Below are positions 36,436 through 46,466 of a stretch of 64,000 bases of DNA, piece by piece; the stretch's first letter is position 1, and each line of letters begins with the position of its first letter. The notes under the pieces are model-generated. The model was not told the DNA's origin, made no database searches, and saw only the letters and a program-made list of their open reading frames with translations. The stretch comes from Fidelibacterota bacterium (GTDB lineage Bacteria; Fidelibacterota; Fidelibacteria; Fidelibacterales; DSDE01), in NCBI GenBank assembly GCA_046735395.1, contig JBJKQR010000018.1, positions 31,088 to 95,087 on the forward strand, given 5' to 3'. The translations under genes were made by a program, and so were the position numbers.

Positions 36436-37347
36436 TTAAAATGTTTTAAGACCGAAATGCTGACAGACACCATCCGCAGTGATTTCGGGAGAAAAGACAC
36501 CGGTGAAGCAGGTGGACCAGGCAGCAGCAGCGGCAGCAAATTCCAGGCTTTCCCGGTAGCCCTGATTTTTCGCCAGGGCGTAGAGACAGGCTCCGTGCAG
36601 GATGTCGCCGGCACCGGTGCTATCGATGGTTTCCACTTTGCGGGCCGGAATGAAATCGGAATTTTCACCCGTGCTCCAGAGCAGGCCTCCGGGGCCAAGT
36701 GTGATGGCAGCGAGGGAAATTTTTCCGGCGGCGAGATTGCGAACGGCCGTGAAGAGATCGATTTCTCCATAATTCCGCAGGATGAAATCCTTGGAAACAA
36801 TGAGAATGTCAATCAGGCTTTCCCAGTAGCAGAGATCAAGAGTTCGGGCCCCCGGATCCACCATAATACGGACGCCTCTTTCCCGGGCGGCTGCGGCGAG
36901 CCGGCGGGAAGTGTCACCGTCGCGGGCATCGAGCAGCAGATAGTCTCCGGGCTGCATCTCATCGGCAAAGGATTCGGGCAGAGCTTGGAGGGGGTGGCCG
37001 GAGGGCGGTTCCGGGCTGAGAATGACCGATCGCCTGCCATGCCGCGTCTCGGTGAGAATGGTCGCCCGCGCTGTCGGCATCTCCGCTTCTCTGATCAGAT
37101 AGCGGCAGTCCAGCCCTTCCGCCGTAAGCCGTTCGGCCAGGGCCTTACCCCAGAGATCGTCCCCGATGCGGGCCGCCAGTACAGCATTTAGGCCGGAGCG
37201 GGCGCAGAATCCAAGCGCTGCGGGTACTGGTCCGCCCGGCGCTTCGACCAGTCCTGTTGCCCGGGTTTTTTCGTCCGGACCCGGAAAGTGAGACAGGGAC
37301 AGAAAATGGTCCCAGGTGAGCAGTCCGTATCCGAATATGCGGGTCAT
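36436..37347 (-). CDS. PfkB-family carbohydrate kinase
   Basis: Ribokinase-like fold with C-terminal IDSTGAGDILHGA motif. Substrate not assignable. Confidence 0.75.
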   Translation of the reverse strand: MTRIFGYGLLTWDHFLSLSHFPGPDEKTRATGLVEAPGGPVPAALGFCARSGLNAVLAARIGDDLWGKALAERLTAEGLDCRYLIREAEMPTARATILTETRHGRRSVILSPEPPSGHPLQALPESFADEMQPGDYLLLDARDGDTSRRLAAAARERGVRIMVDPGARTLDLCYWESLIDILIVSKDFILRNYGEIDLFTAVRNLAAGKISLAAITLGPGGLLWSTGENSDFIPARKVETIDSTGAGDILHGACLYALAKNQGYRESLEFAAAAAAWSTCFTGVFSPEITADGVCQHFGLKTF

Positions 37348-37351
37348 GGCT

Positions 37352-38098
37352 TCAGAATCCCCGTTCTCTGCGGATGGATGAATAGGCCTCGTTGATGATT
37401 TTGAATTTTTCCTCGGCGGCCTTGACGAGATCCGGGCCGAGATGGGATACCTTGTCCGGGTGATAGAGCAGGGCGAGTTTCTTGTAGGCGTGTTTGATTT
37501 CTTCGTCCGTGGCCTCGGGCGTCACTTCGAGGATTTTATAAAAGGCGCCGGCGTCATTTTTATGATAGGCGCTGTAAATGCTCTCATAATCGCGTTCGTT
37601 CAGTCCCAGAAGCAGAGTGATCTCGTGAATCGCCCGTTTTTCGTCTTCGTGCAGCTCGCCGTCGGACAGGCTCAGGTTGAAGAGCAGATGAATCAGCTGT
37701 ATCCGGGACGGAAAATCCATGTAGGATGCAATCTGCTGCGCAACCTCCTGAATGATGATGGGCCGCTGCAGCAGCTGTTCCAGCAGCATCATGAGTTCCT
37801 GAACCATGGCGGGTTGGCTGATGCCGGAGGAGAGGTAACGGCGCACATAGTCCATTTCCACTTTGCGGATCTTTTTGTCCGATTTGATGACATAGGCAAA
37901 AATAATCATCAGGGAGGCATAAAAATCTCCGGGGTGGGTGCGATGGCCGCTTCGCTGCCGTCCGGATTCTGAATATGGCCCGGGAGTCAGTTCATCATCA
38001 AGCCTTGCTCCGATAAATCCGCCGATCAGCGCGCCGATGGGTCCGAGAAGGACCCAGCCCAGACCGGCACCGATGAGTGTTTTCATACTGAAATTCAT
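37352..38098 (-). CDS. DjlA-like membrane co-chaperone (TM + TerB-like + C-terminal J domain)
   Basis: N-terminal Gly-rich TM segment. J domain [31 protein letters not shown]. 4-nt overlap with the upstream BCCP gene. Confidence 0.75.
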   Translation of the reverse strand: MNFSMKTLIGAGLGWVLLGPIGALIGGFIGARLDDELTPGPYSESGRQRSGHRTHPGDFYASLMIIFAYVIKSDKKIRKVEMDYVRRYLSSGISQPAMVQELMMLLEQLLQRPIIIQEVAQQIASYMDFPSRIQLIHLLFNLSLSDGELHEDEKRAIHEITLLLGLNERDYESIYSAYHKNDAGAFYKILEVTPEATDEEIKHAYKKLALLYHPDKVSHLGPDLVKAAEEKFKIINEAYSSIRRERGF

Positions 38099-38610
38099 GC
38101 GTGGGTGATCTCCATAAGTTTCACGTTCTTTTCCAGTGTATCCCCCTCCTTTACAAATATTTCCCTGATGCTGCCCGTGACCGGCGCAACGATCTCGTTT
38201 TCCATTTTCATGGCTTCCAGAATCATCAGGCCCTGGCCTTTTTCGACCGTGTCGCCGGCGGCAACTTCGATTTTTTTCACCAGGCCCGGGATGCTGGCCT
38301 TGAGCAGAGTTTCCGTCTTTTCCCCGACCTGCACCATGCCCAGCTTTTCCAGCAGCAGGTCCATGTCGTCTTTCAGCTCAACCGTCAATGCGGACGAATT
38401 GGAGGTGATCCGGTAATGGGGATGTTCGTCCTGAACGTGAATGAGCAGGGATCGGTTTTCGAAAATGAGGCTGTAGCAGTTATCGGCGAGTTTCCGGCAG
38501 TCCGGTTCCACTGCCCGTCCGTCTATGACAGGCCGGGAACAGAGGTCTTCCGGATTGATCTCGATGGTGTAGGTTTTATCGCCGCTTTGAATCTGATAGC
38601 TTTTCATCAT
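38095..38610 (-). CDS. biotin carboxyl carrier protein (biotinyl-domain protein)
   Basis: C-terminal biotinyl domain with [10 protein letters not shown]. 171 aa. Directly after accC. Confidence 0.8.
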   Translation of the reverse strand: MMKSYQIQSGDKTYTIEINPEDLCSRPVIDGRAVEPDCRKLADNCYSLIFENRSLLIHVQDEHPHYRITSNSSALTVELKDDMDLLLEKLGMVQVGEKTETLLKASIPGLVKKIEVAAGDTVEKGQGLMILEAMKMENEIVAPVTGSIREIFVKEGDTLEKNVKLMEITHA

Positions 38611-38619
38611 GGTTTCGCC

Positions 38620-40113
38620 TCAGGAAGGGTATTTCCGGTTTTTCCAGCCGGAATTCCGTTCTTTAATGTCACGTTGGGGCTCAGGTTTCCGTTTTTTCTG
38701 CGTATCAATAAAATGATGCAGGGCTGCAAGTCCGGCGGCCTGACTGAGGCCGGTATCGACCCCGTTCCCGGAGAGCGCCGCCCTGTTCTCATCTATAAAA
38801 TGGGTGCTGTAATGTCCGTTCTGAAAATCAGGGTGGCTGATCACGGACGAACAGAAGGGGATGGAGGTCTGAACGCCGAAAATCACGAATTCATCCAGCG
38901 CCCTCTGCATGCGGGCCAGGACTTCCGGCCGGTCATTTCCCCAGCAGATGAGTTTTCCGATCATGGGGTCATAATAGGGCGAGACCACAAGGCCGGGCTG
39001 CAGGGCTCCGTCGAAGCGAATGCCCGGGCCGTCCGGAATCCGGCACCAGGAGACAGTTCCCGTACTCGGCATAAAATTATTCCCGCTGTCTTCCGCATAG
39101 ATCCGGCATTCCATGGCATGTCCCAGCTGCCGTATCCCGTCCTGGCTGTGGGCGAGCGGGTGGCCGTCCGCGATGCGGATCTGTTCCCGAACCAGATCTA
39201 TTCCCGTGAGCATCTCAGTGACCGGATGCTCGACCTGAAGTCGGGTATTCATCTCCAGGAAATAAAAATGTCCCGATTCATCAGCCAGGAATTCCACCGT
39301 TCCGGCGCCGGTATAATGACAGCTTCGCGCCACTTCCACCGCGGCGTCCCCCATACTTTTCCGCAGCTCGGGAGTCAGGAGAGGAGAGGGGCTTTCTTCG
39401 ATGACCTTCTGAAAACGCCGCTGTATGCTGCATTCTCTTTCATTCAGGTGGATAATAGTGCCCCGGGTGTCAGCCAGGATCTGAAACTCGATATGATGAG
39501 GATTCTCAATATATTTTTCCAGATAGATCCGTCCGTCTCCGAAGGCTGCGGCCGCTTCACGCCCGGCCTTTTCCACCGCGGCCTGAAGCTGTTCGGGTGA
39601 ATCCACGCGATGCATGCCTTTACCGCCGCCGCCACCGGCTGCCTTGACGAGGACGGGGTAGCCGATGCGCTCCGCTTCCGGAACCGCGTCCCCGGATGAG
39701 GACAGAACAGCGGATCCGGGTACCAGTGGAACGTTACGGGCCGAAACCGCCTGACGTGCGGCTGTCTTGTCGCCCATGATGCCAATGGCTTCCGCATCCG
39801 GGCCGATGAAGCATTTTCCGGCCTTCTCAACCTCTGCGGCGAAACGGGTGTTTTCGGACAGGAATCCGTAGCCGGGATGGACGGCATCCGCGCCGGAGCG
39901 GATCAATATATCCATGACCTGGTGTATGTCCAGATAGCTTTCGCTGCTGAGATTTCCTTTCAGGGGCCAGGCTTCATCTGCGTAGAGAACGTGGGGCGAC
40001 ATGCGGTCCGCTTCGCTGAACAGCGCAACCGTCCTGATGCCCATTTCCCGACAGCTGCGCATGACGCGAATGGCAATTTCTCCCCGATTGGCGATGAGAA
40101 TTTTACGGATCAT
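38620..40113 (-). CDS. accC: biotin carboxylase subunit of an acyl-CoA carboxylase
   Basis: ILIANRGEIA and KAAGGGGGKGM motifs, ATP-grasp, 497 aa. Confidence 0.9.
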   Translation of the reverse strand: MIRKILIANRGEIAIRVMRSCREMGIRTVALFSEADRMSPHVLYADEAWPLKGNLSSESYLDIHQVMDILIRSGADAVHPGYGFLSENTRFAAEVEKAGKCFIGPDAEAIGIMGDKTAARQAVSARNVPLVPGSAVLSSSGDAVPEAERIGYPVLVKAAGGGGGKGMHRVDSPEQLQAAVEKAGREAAAAFGDGRIYLEKYIENPHHIEFQILADTRGTIIHLNERECSIQRRFQKVIEESPSPLLTPELRKSMGDAAVEVARSCHYTGAGTVEFLADESGHFYFLEMNTRLQVEHPVTEMLTGIDLVREQIRIADGHPLAHSQDGIRQLGHAMECRIYAEDSGNNFMPSTGTVSWCRIPDGPGIRFDGALQPGLVVSPYYDPMIGKLICWGNDRPEVLARMQRALDEFVIFGVQTSIPFCSSVISHPDFQNGHYSTHFIDENRAALSGNGVDTGLSQAAGLAALHHFIDTQKKRKPEPQRDIKERNSGWKNRKYPS

Positions 40114-40195
40114 CCGATTCTCCGTGGCTTTGGCAGAATATAAGAAAATCGCCGGCGAAAAGGCATTTTTGATTTGGGAGGGCTGTATCCAGTAT

Positions 40196-40247
40196 CCAGT
40201 ATCGAGTATCGAGTAGCGAGTATCGAGTATCGAGTAGGCAAATTTCG
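40196..40247. repeat. tandem heptamer array (TATCCAG x2, TATCGAG/TAGCGAG x5)
   Basis: Counted base by base. The same TATCGAG-TAGCGAG-TATCGAG unit occurs at 10602..10622. Confidence 0.85.
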
Positions 40248-40487
40248 TTTCTTCCGCATGAACCCGTCAACCCGCCTTAGTACGTCACTGCGGACCTGAT
40301 CCGCCCGTCTATGTTTCGCTTCGCTCCACTTCGACGCGGCAGGCGAGTTGAAAGGCATAAGGAGCCAGGAGCTTGGAGGCAGGAGGCAGGAAGAAAGAGG
40401 AAGGGTGAAAGGTGAAATTTTGACTGGAACGAAACCGACAGTGGCTGAGTGGTATCACTCGGTGGCTGAGCGGAGCCGAAGCCTTTT

Positions 40488-40663
40488 GTCATTGCGGGCT
40501 TGACCCGCAATCTCTTGCCATTGAAGGCGAGGTGTGATGTGTACAAGAATCTGGTGTACAACAGAATTAAGGAGATTCCGGATCGCCCCCGTCTCCGTTT
40601 CACTCCGATGGAGTTGTCCGGAATGACAGTTTCATAATATTGTAGGATTGAGTTTTTTACGAT
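40488..40663 (+). repeat. 176-nt dispersed structured element, copy B
   Basis: Collinear with 11232..11407. Its leading hairpin is ATTGCGGG-CTTGA-CCCGCAAT (40491..40511), which is an A:T to G:C compensatory pair relative to copy A. Confidence 0.8.
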
Positions 40664-40745
40664 AAACCCGCCAACCCGCCAACGAATTCTTCCCCGTCTG
40701 CGCATCAACGCATTAACTATTTATTATACAAAATCGGTGAAAAAA

Positions 40746-42071
40746 TTAGAGCTGTTCCCAGCCTTTGCCGAGGCGGTTGAGCAGGGCGGAATACAGATAA
40801 AAGCGGACAGAGCCCACGATGACAGAATCGATAATATCGGAGGCGAAGGCATAGGTCAGCATGGAGCGGGCCACATCCTCGCCGATGCCCCGGCTGCGCA
40901 GGTAGAACAGCGCATCCTCGTCCAGCTGTCCCACGGTCGCGCCGTGGCTGCATTTCACGTCATCGGCAAATATTTTCAGCTGAGGCTTGGAATCCGCTTT
41001 GGCGTCGGGAGAAAGAAGGAGATTCTTGTTCAGCTGCCGGGCATTGATTTTCTGTGCATCCCGTTCGACAAGGATCTGTCCGTTGAAGACGCCCCGGGAA
41101 TGTTCATCCAGAATTCCTTTATAGATCTGATTGCTTTCCGAGCGGGGAGCGACGTGGTGGATGAGTGTGCGGTTGTCGAAGTGCTGGCTGTCCTTGCCCA
41201 TGTAGAGGCCGTAGAGGTCGCAGCGGGCGCCGCTGCCGTTCAGGACAGCGTCAATATTGTTGCGGTTCAGGACCCCGCCGAAATTGATACTGGTGGAGAG
41301 AAAGCGGGCATCCTGCTCGAGAATGGCGGTGGTGCTGGACAGATGGGTGCTGTTCATGGATTCGAGCTGAACCTTGTGGTAGCGCAGGGAGGCGTTGTCG
41401 TCGACATATACTTCAGCCCCGCTGTTCGTCAGATAGGGGTTTGTGTCCAGTCCGTTGTAGGTTTCCACCACGGTGGCGCTGCTGTTTTTTCCCAGCACGA
41501 TAAGGTTCCGGGGCTGGGTATAAAAGGGACGATTCAGACCGGTGGACAGGTACATGATGTGCACCGCTTCCTTCAGCTCCGTATTGTCGGGAATATAAAC
41601 AAAGGCGCCGTCGGGGCTGAGAGCCGTATTCATGAGCGAAAATTTATCATTCCCGTTCCGGCAGTGGGTGTTGAAATGTTTTTTCACGATGTCCGGATAG
41701 GTATTCAGAGCCTCCCGGAGACTGCTGATCACGGCCGGGCAGTCCGATCTTTTTTCCAGCTGGGAATGGGCGGCGGAAAAATGCCCGTTCACGAAGACCA
41801 GAATGATGCGTTTCATATCCGTGAAGGAATATTTATAGACAAGCTGTGAGGGCAGGGTTTCGGGCCTGGCATCCGGAACGGGGGAATAGGCCGTGTTCAT
41901 GAGATCGTCTAAATGAGTGTATTTCCATTCCTCCATTCCGCTATGGGGAAAGGGTGTGTCGCGGAAGGCTTCAAATGCCGTCTGCTGCCGTTCGAGAAAA
42001 AAGGGCGCGAGGCCGTCGCTGCGACGTTCGTGAAACTGTCGGTTCCAGTCGGTTTTACTGTTTGAATTCAT
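40746..42071 (-). CDS. sufD: Fe-S cluster assembly protein SufD
   Basis: 441 aa, beta-helix SufB/SufD family, last gene of the sufB-sufC-sufD series. Confidence 0.85.
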   Translation of the reverse strand: MNSNSKTDWNRQFHERRSDGLAPFFLERQQTAFEAFRDTPFPHSGMEEWKYTHLDDLMNTAYSPVPDARPETLPSQLVYKYSFTDMKRIILVFVNGHFSAAHSQLEKRSDCPAVISSLREALNTYPDIVKKHFNTHCRNGNDKFSLMNTALSPDGAFVYIPDNTELKEAVHIMYLSTGLNRPFYTQPRNLIVLGKNSSATVVETYNGLDTNPYLTNSGAEVYVDDNASLRYHKVQLESMNSTHLSSTTAILEQDARFLSTSINFGGVLNRNNIDAVLNGSGARCDLYGLYMGKDSQHFDNRTLIHHVAPRSESNQIYKGILDEHSRGVFNGQILVERDAQKINARQLNKNLLLSPDAKADSKPQLKIFADDVKCSHGATVGQLDEDALFYLRSRGIGEDVARSMLTYAFASDIIDSVIVGSVRFYLYSALLNRLGKGWEQL

Positions 42072-42073
42072 GC

Positions 42074-42829
42074 TCAGTCCCTGTCAGCTTCTTCCTTGAT
42101 CCAGTCATATCCGCGTTTTTCCAGCTCGAGAGCCAGATCCTTGTCGCCGGATTTCACGATGCGTCCCTTGTAGAGAACATGGACGAAATCGGGGACGATA
42201 TAGTCGAGGAGCCGTTGATAATGCGTCACCATGATGACAGCGTTGTTCTTGTTCTTGAAACGGTTCACACCATGGGCCACAATTTTCAGCGCATCAATAT
42301 CCAGGCCCGAATCCGTTTCGTCCAGAATGGCCAGCCGCGGGTCCAGAACCGCCAGCTGAAGAATTTCATTGCGTTTTTTCTCGCCACCGGAAAATCCTTC
42401 GTTCACAGGCCGGTTCAGAAGCTTCTGGTCAATATCCACCAGTTCCATCTTCTGCTTGATCATGGCCAGAAAATCCATGGCATCCAGTTCGTCCAGATTG
42501 CGGTGTTTGCGGATCTCATTCAGCGCTGTCTTCAGAAAGGAGGTATTATTGACGCCCGGAATTTCGATAGGATACTGAAAGGCCAGAAAGACGCCTTCCC
42601 TGGCGCGGACTTCCGGAGTCATATCCATCAGATTCTGCCCCATATAGTCAACCTGTCCGCCGGTGACCTCATAGCCGGGACGGCCGGCGAGGACGTGAGC
42701 CAGTGTGCTTTTTCCACTTCCGTTCGGCCCCATGATGGCATGAACTTCTCCGGCATGAACTTCCAGATTAATCCCTTTCAGGATGGCATTGCCGCCCACA
42801 TTGGCCTGTAAATTTTTAATATTCAGCAT
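42074..42829 (-). CDS. sufC: Fe-S cluster assembly ATPase SufC
   Basis: GPNGSGKST Walker A, FSGGEKKRNEILQ signature, LDETDSGLD Walker B. Confidence 0.92.
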   Translation of the reverse strand: MLNIKNLQANVGGNAILKGINLEVHAGEVHAIMGPNGSGKSTLAHVLAGRPGYEVTGGQVDYMGQNLMDMTPEVRAREGVFLAFQYPIEIPGVNNTSFLKTALNEIRKHRNLDELDAMDFLAMIKQKMELVDIDQKLLNRPVNEGFSGGEKKRNEILQLAVLDPRLAILDETDSGLDIDALKIVAHGVNRFKNKNNAVIMVTHYQRLLDYIVPDFVHVLYKGRIVKSGDKDLALELEKRGYDWIKEEADRD

Positions 42830-42897
42830 TGCGGTTTCCTGTACATATCTTTCATTTTAATATTTTGATGCATGGTCGGAATCATTATCTCCCCCTG

Positions 42898-44337
42898 TCA
42901 GCCCACACTGCCTTCCAGGCTGACCGCGAGGAGCTTCTGCGCTTCGACGGCAAATTCCATGGGCAGTTTTTTAAAGACTTCCCGGGCATAGCCATTGACA
43001 ATAATGCCGATGGCGTCTTCCGTGCTGATGCCCCGCTGGTTGCAGTAGAAGATCTGGTCTTCGGAAATTTTTGAGGTGGTGGCTTCGTGCTCGATACGGG
43101 CTCCCGGGTTGTCCACTTCCAGATAGGGAAAGGTGTGGGCGCCGCATTTGTCACCGATGAGCAGGGAGTCGCACTGGCTGTAATTCCGGGCACCGTCGGC
43201 GTTTTTCGCCACCCGGACCAGTCCCCGGTAACTGTTATTGGATCTGCCGGCGCTGATTCCTTTTGAGATAATAGTGGACCGGGTATTTTTTCCCAGGTGA
43301 ATCATCTTTGTGCCCGTGTCGGCCTGCTGATGATTGTTGGTGACGGCCACCGAGTAGAATTCACCCACGCTGTTGTCGCCTTTCAATATGACGCTGGGGT
43401 ATTTCCAGGTGATGGCGGAACCGGTTTCCACCTGAGTCCAGGATATTTTCGCATCCCGGTGAGCCAGGCCGCGCTTGGTGACGAAATTGTATATCCCGCC
43501 TTTTCCGTCCTTATCACCGGCATACCAGTTCTGCACGGTGGAATATTTGACTTCGGCCCGGTCGTGAGCAATGATTTCCACCACGGCGGCGTGAAGCTGG
43601 TTTTCGTCCCGGGCCGGTGCCGTGCAGCCTTCCAGATAGGAGACGTAGGCATCTTCATCGGCAATGATGAGGGTTCGCTCGAACTGGCCCGTCTTGGACG
43701 CGTTGATACGAAAATAGGTGGAGAGCTCCATGGGGCAGCGGACCCCCTTGGGCACGTAGACGAAGGTTCCGTCGCTGAATACGGCGGAATTCAGAGCCGC
43801 AAAGAAATTGTCACTGACGGGAACAACGGAACCCAGGTATGTGCGGACCAGGTCCGGATATTTTTTCAGCGCTTCGGAAATGGGCAGAAAAATGACGCCC
43901 AGCTCCTCCAGTTTGTCCTTGTAGGTCGTAGCCACTGAGACCGAATCAAAGACGGCGTCAACGGCAACCCCGGCCAGCGCTTCCCGCTCTTCCAGCGGAA
44001 TGCCCAGTTTGTCAAAGGTGGCCAGAAGTTCCGGATCCACTTCGTCCAGTGATTTGGGGCCGTCCTTTTTCGGTGCGGCATAATAATAGGCGTCCTGGTA
44101 GTCGATGGGCGGATAGCTGATGAAGGCCCAGTCCGGTTCCTTCATGTCCTGCCAGCGGCGATATGCCTTCAGGCGCCATTCCAGCATGAATTCCGGCTCC
44201 TGCTTCTTGGCCGAAATGAAGCGGACAATGGATTCATCCAGGCCTTTCGGCGCCATCTCCGTCTCTATATCCGTCACAAATCCGTACTCGTAGTCCCGGT
44301 TGGCCAGGTCACGGATTTCTTTGTCTTTTTCTCTCAT
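42898..44337 (-). CDS. sufB: Fe-S cluster assembly scaffold SufB
   Basis: 479 aa, with the typical SufB N-terminus ([14 protein letters not shown]) and C-terminal beta-helix. RBS GAGGAG. Confidence 0.92.
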   Translation of the reverse strand: MREKDKEIRDLANRDYEYGFVTDIETEMAPKGLDESIVRFISAKKQEPEFMLEWRLKAYRRWQDMKEPDWAFISYPPIDYQDAYYYAAPKKDGPKSLDEVDPELLATFDKLGIPLEEREALAGVAVDAVFDSVSVATTYKDKLEELGVIFLPISEALKKYPDLVRTYLGSVVPVSDNFFAALNSAVFSDGTFVYVPKGVRCPMELSTYFRINASKTGQFERTLIIADEDAYVSYLEGCTAPARDENQLHAAVVEIIAHDRAEVKYSTVQNWYAGDKDGKGGIYNFVTKRGLAHRDAKISWTQVETGSAITWKYPSVILKGDNSVGEFYSVAVTNNHQQADTGTKMIHLGKNTRSTIISKGISAGRSNNSYRGLVRVAKNADGARNYSQCDSLLIGDKCGAHTFPYLEVDNPGARIEHEATTSKISEDQIFYCNQRGISTEDAIGIIVNGYAREVFKKLPMEFAVEAQKLLAVSLEGSVG

Positions 44338-44388
44338 GGTCTCCTCAACGCTTCGGGCAGTTCTCTGCCGGGGTCGAAGTTTACGCGA

Positions 44389-44410
44389 ATCTTGACAAAA
44401 ATGTCAAGAT
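44389..44410. promoter_or_regulatory. 22-bp palindrome ATCTTGACA-AAAA-TGTCAAGAT upstream of sufB (operator and/or -35 box)
   Basis: Perfect 9-bp arms, 52 nt upstream of the sufB ATG. It contains TTGACA on both strands. On the minus strand TAAACT follows 18 nt later. Confidence 0.45.
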
Positions 44411-44489
44411 TAAATTTAAGGTATGGAATAATTTAAAGAAGGATAAAGATTTTAGGTCCTAACCTGTTCGGATGAATAGGAAAAATATT

Positions 44490-44518
44490 CCCCGGCCGGG
44501 CAGAGAGCTCAGCCGGGG
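44490..44518 (-). terminator. intrinsic terminator of the ROK-MFS-SIS operon (bidirectional hairpin)
   Basis: CCCCGGC-N15-GCCGGGG with T-runs on both strands (minus strand: ...GCCGGGGAATATTTTT). It begins 11 nt after the SIS gene stop. Confidence 0.6.
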
Positions 44519-44528
44519 ATTTTTACAT

Positions 44529-45287
44529 TTATAGGACTTTGACGCGGCGTTTATATTCGTCGAGAGCTTCGGTGAGGCGTTCCCGTGACTTGGGATCACC
44601 CAGGTTGTGGCTGGGATGGATATGCAGTTTTTCGCCGCGGTCCGCCAGAATCTCCGCGACAGTGGTCACGGTCATCCACACGGCTGTGACAAAGGCCATG
44701 GTGGACAGCGGTCCGATCTTGTCCACGTGATTCTTCAGATCCACAGAGGCGTCTCCGATGGGAGTGCAGTTATCCACGACGATATCCGCGAGCTGAAAGA
44801 GATTCTTTCCTCCGCTGTGGGCGGTGCTGCGGGAATAACCTTCCCCGGCAGACCCGAAGACGATCAGTTTCATTCCCAGTTCCTTGGCCCGGATGGCCAC
44901 ATCGATATTGACGGCATTGACGCCGGTATGGGAAAAGATCCACATGCAGTCTCGGCTGTCAAAATCATAGCCGCGCATGATTTCCTTGCCGTAACCTTCC
45001 ATCCGTTCGAGAAAAATAAACTGATGAACCCCCATTTCCCCGGTGATGCGGGTAAAAAAGGTGAGCGGCAGTTCGATCATGGGATGAAAACCGACGAAAC
45101 CGCCGATGCGGGGATACATTTCTTCGATGGGAAGGGTGGCGTGGCCGCAGCCGAAGGTGTGGACCCAGCGGCCGGCGCTGATACTGTCAGCCATGACTTC
45201 CGCCGCTTTGCGGATATTATCCATCTGAGTAGTTTCGATTTTGTTCATGACGTCGTGGGCATTTTTCAGCCATTGTTGTGCAAGCAT
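44529..45287 (-). CDS. single-SIS-domain sugar-phosphate isomerase-fold protein (UPF0309-like)
   Basis: FGCGHATLPIEEMYPRIGG, IFSHTGVNAVNIDVA, AHSGGKNLFQLADIVVDNCTPIGDA. The pattern is as I remember it for the UPF0309 SIS family. Confidence 0.75.
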   Translation of the reverse strand: MLAQQWLKNAHDVMNKIETTQMDNIRKAAEVMADSISAGRWVHTFGCGHATLPIEEMYPRIGGFVGFHPMIELPLTFFTRITGEMGVHQFIFLERMEGYGKEIMRGYDFDSRDCMWIFSHTGVNAVNIDVAIRAKELGMKLIVFGSAGEGYSRSTAHSGGKNLFQLADIVVDNCTPIGDASVDLKNHVDKIGPLSTMAFVTAVWMTVTTVAEILADRGEKLHIHPSHNLGDPKSRERLTEALDEYKRRVKVL

Positions 45288-45299
45288 TTCGTTACCTTT

Positions 45300-46466
45300 T
45301 CATTTTTGTTGTGCCGTCGAGGACGCAACCGTGTTTGCGATGATGATTAAGAGGCCGGACATGATGATCGCAGAGATGCTGATCAGGCCGGGAAAGAGTG
45401 ATAGTTTATCCATGCTGGACAAAAGTCCCACCAGAAAATTCAGGCCGGAATTCCCGATGAGAGCGATGACCAGAGCTACGGAAAAGGCTGTTCCTGATAA
45501 ATCGGAGAACAGGTCGCCCACATAACCGAGAATGACGGGGAAACCGGCGGCGCTGCCGATACCGAGCAGGATCAGTCCGAGGACGGCCGTATTGAGCCCG
45601 GAGGCAAAATTGAGAAGAAGGCTTCCGCAGAAAATAATGAGCAGGGACAGAGCCAGCACGGCAATTGATGAATATTTTTTCAGGAGGGAGCCGAGGACGA
45701 GGCGGGTGAGAGTCAGGGCCAGAATCATGATGGACAGGGCGTAGAGACTGTGTTCGGTGGAAATTCCTGCGCTGTCGCGAAGGTAGGCCGCGGTCCAGGT
45801 GTTGCTGATGCCCTCGATGCCGCTTTCAAAGAAGAGAAAAAATCCCATGAGCAGCAGAACCGGCTGTTTCAGAAGTTTCAGACCCTGGGCAATGGGAAAA
45901 CCCTGATTCTGCTTGGGTTCGGGAAATGTGGCAAACAGAAAGCGGATAAAGGTGAGGAAAACCAGGAAAGCAAAAAACTGAAGCAGGGTCTGATTGGATA
46001 TATAGCGGTTGAAAAGGCCGATGAGCAGGGGCATACCCAGGGCGCCGATTCCGTAAAAGACACCCAGCAGGCTCAGGCCGGCGCCTTTGTCACTTTCACT
46101 GATGTCGGCCACCAGCGCGTTGGTTCCGCCATTGACAGCGCCGCCGCCGAAGCCGATGAGAAAAAAGGACAGCTGCAGCAGCAGGAGGGAGCCGGTCATG
46201 GAAATGAGCAGAAATCCGACAGCAATCCCCAGAGTACTGTAAGCCAGCAGAAAGCGGTAACCGAAACGGTCCACGATGGGGCCGAAGATCATGGATCCGA
46301 CCAGGATTCCGGCCGGCAGCAGCGCCGACAGCGAGGCGAGAGTGAGCTGACTGAGCTGTCGATCTCCGGTGAGATAGGCGCTGGCTGATCCGAGGGATAG
46401 CATGGCCATGCCGAAAATGAGCATGCCTATGTAGGCTGAATACCGTGCCATGTTCTGTGTGGACAT
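45300..46466 (-). CDS. MFS transporter (sugar permease candidate)
   Basis: 388 aa, about 12 hydrophobic segments. Its start codon overlaps the ROK stop (TAATG). Confidence 0.8.
   Translation of the reverse strand: MSTQNMARYSAYIGMLIFGMAMLSLGSASAYLTGDRQLSQLTLASLSALLPAGILVGSMIFGPIVDRFGYRFLLAYSTLGIAVGFLLISMTGSLLLLQLSFFLIGFGGGAVNGGTNALVADISESDKGAGLSLLGVFYGIGALGMPLLIGLFNRYISNQTLLQFFAFLVFLTFIRFLFATFPEPKQNQGFPIAQGLKLLKQPVLLLMGFFLFFESGIEGISNTWTAAYLRDSAGISTEHSLYALSIMILALTLTRLVLGSLLKKYSSIAVLALSLLIIFCGSLLLNFASGLNTAVLGLILLGIGSAAGFPVILGYVGDLFSDLSGTAFSVALVIALIGNSGLNFLVGLLSSMDKLSLFPGLISISAIIMSGLLIIIANTVASSTAQQK

Larger units (their letters stand above)
40114..40745. repeat. non-coding repeat mosaic, island B (between sufD stop and accC start)
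   Basis: It shares modules with island A: the TATCGAG array; AACCCGCCTTAGTACGTCACTGCGGACCTGATCCGC (40279..40314 versus 11216..11252); CCCGTCT.TGTTTC...GACGCGG...TTGAAAG (40314..40365 versus 10626..10658); and the 176-nt element. Confidence 0.8.
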
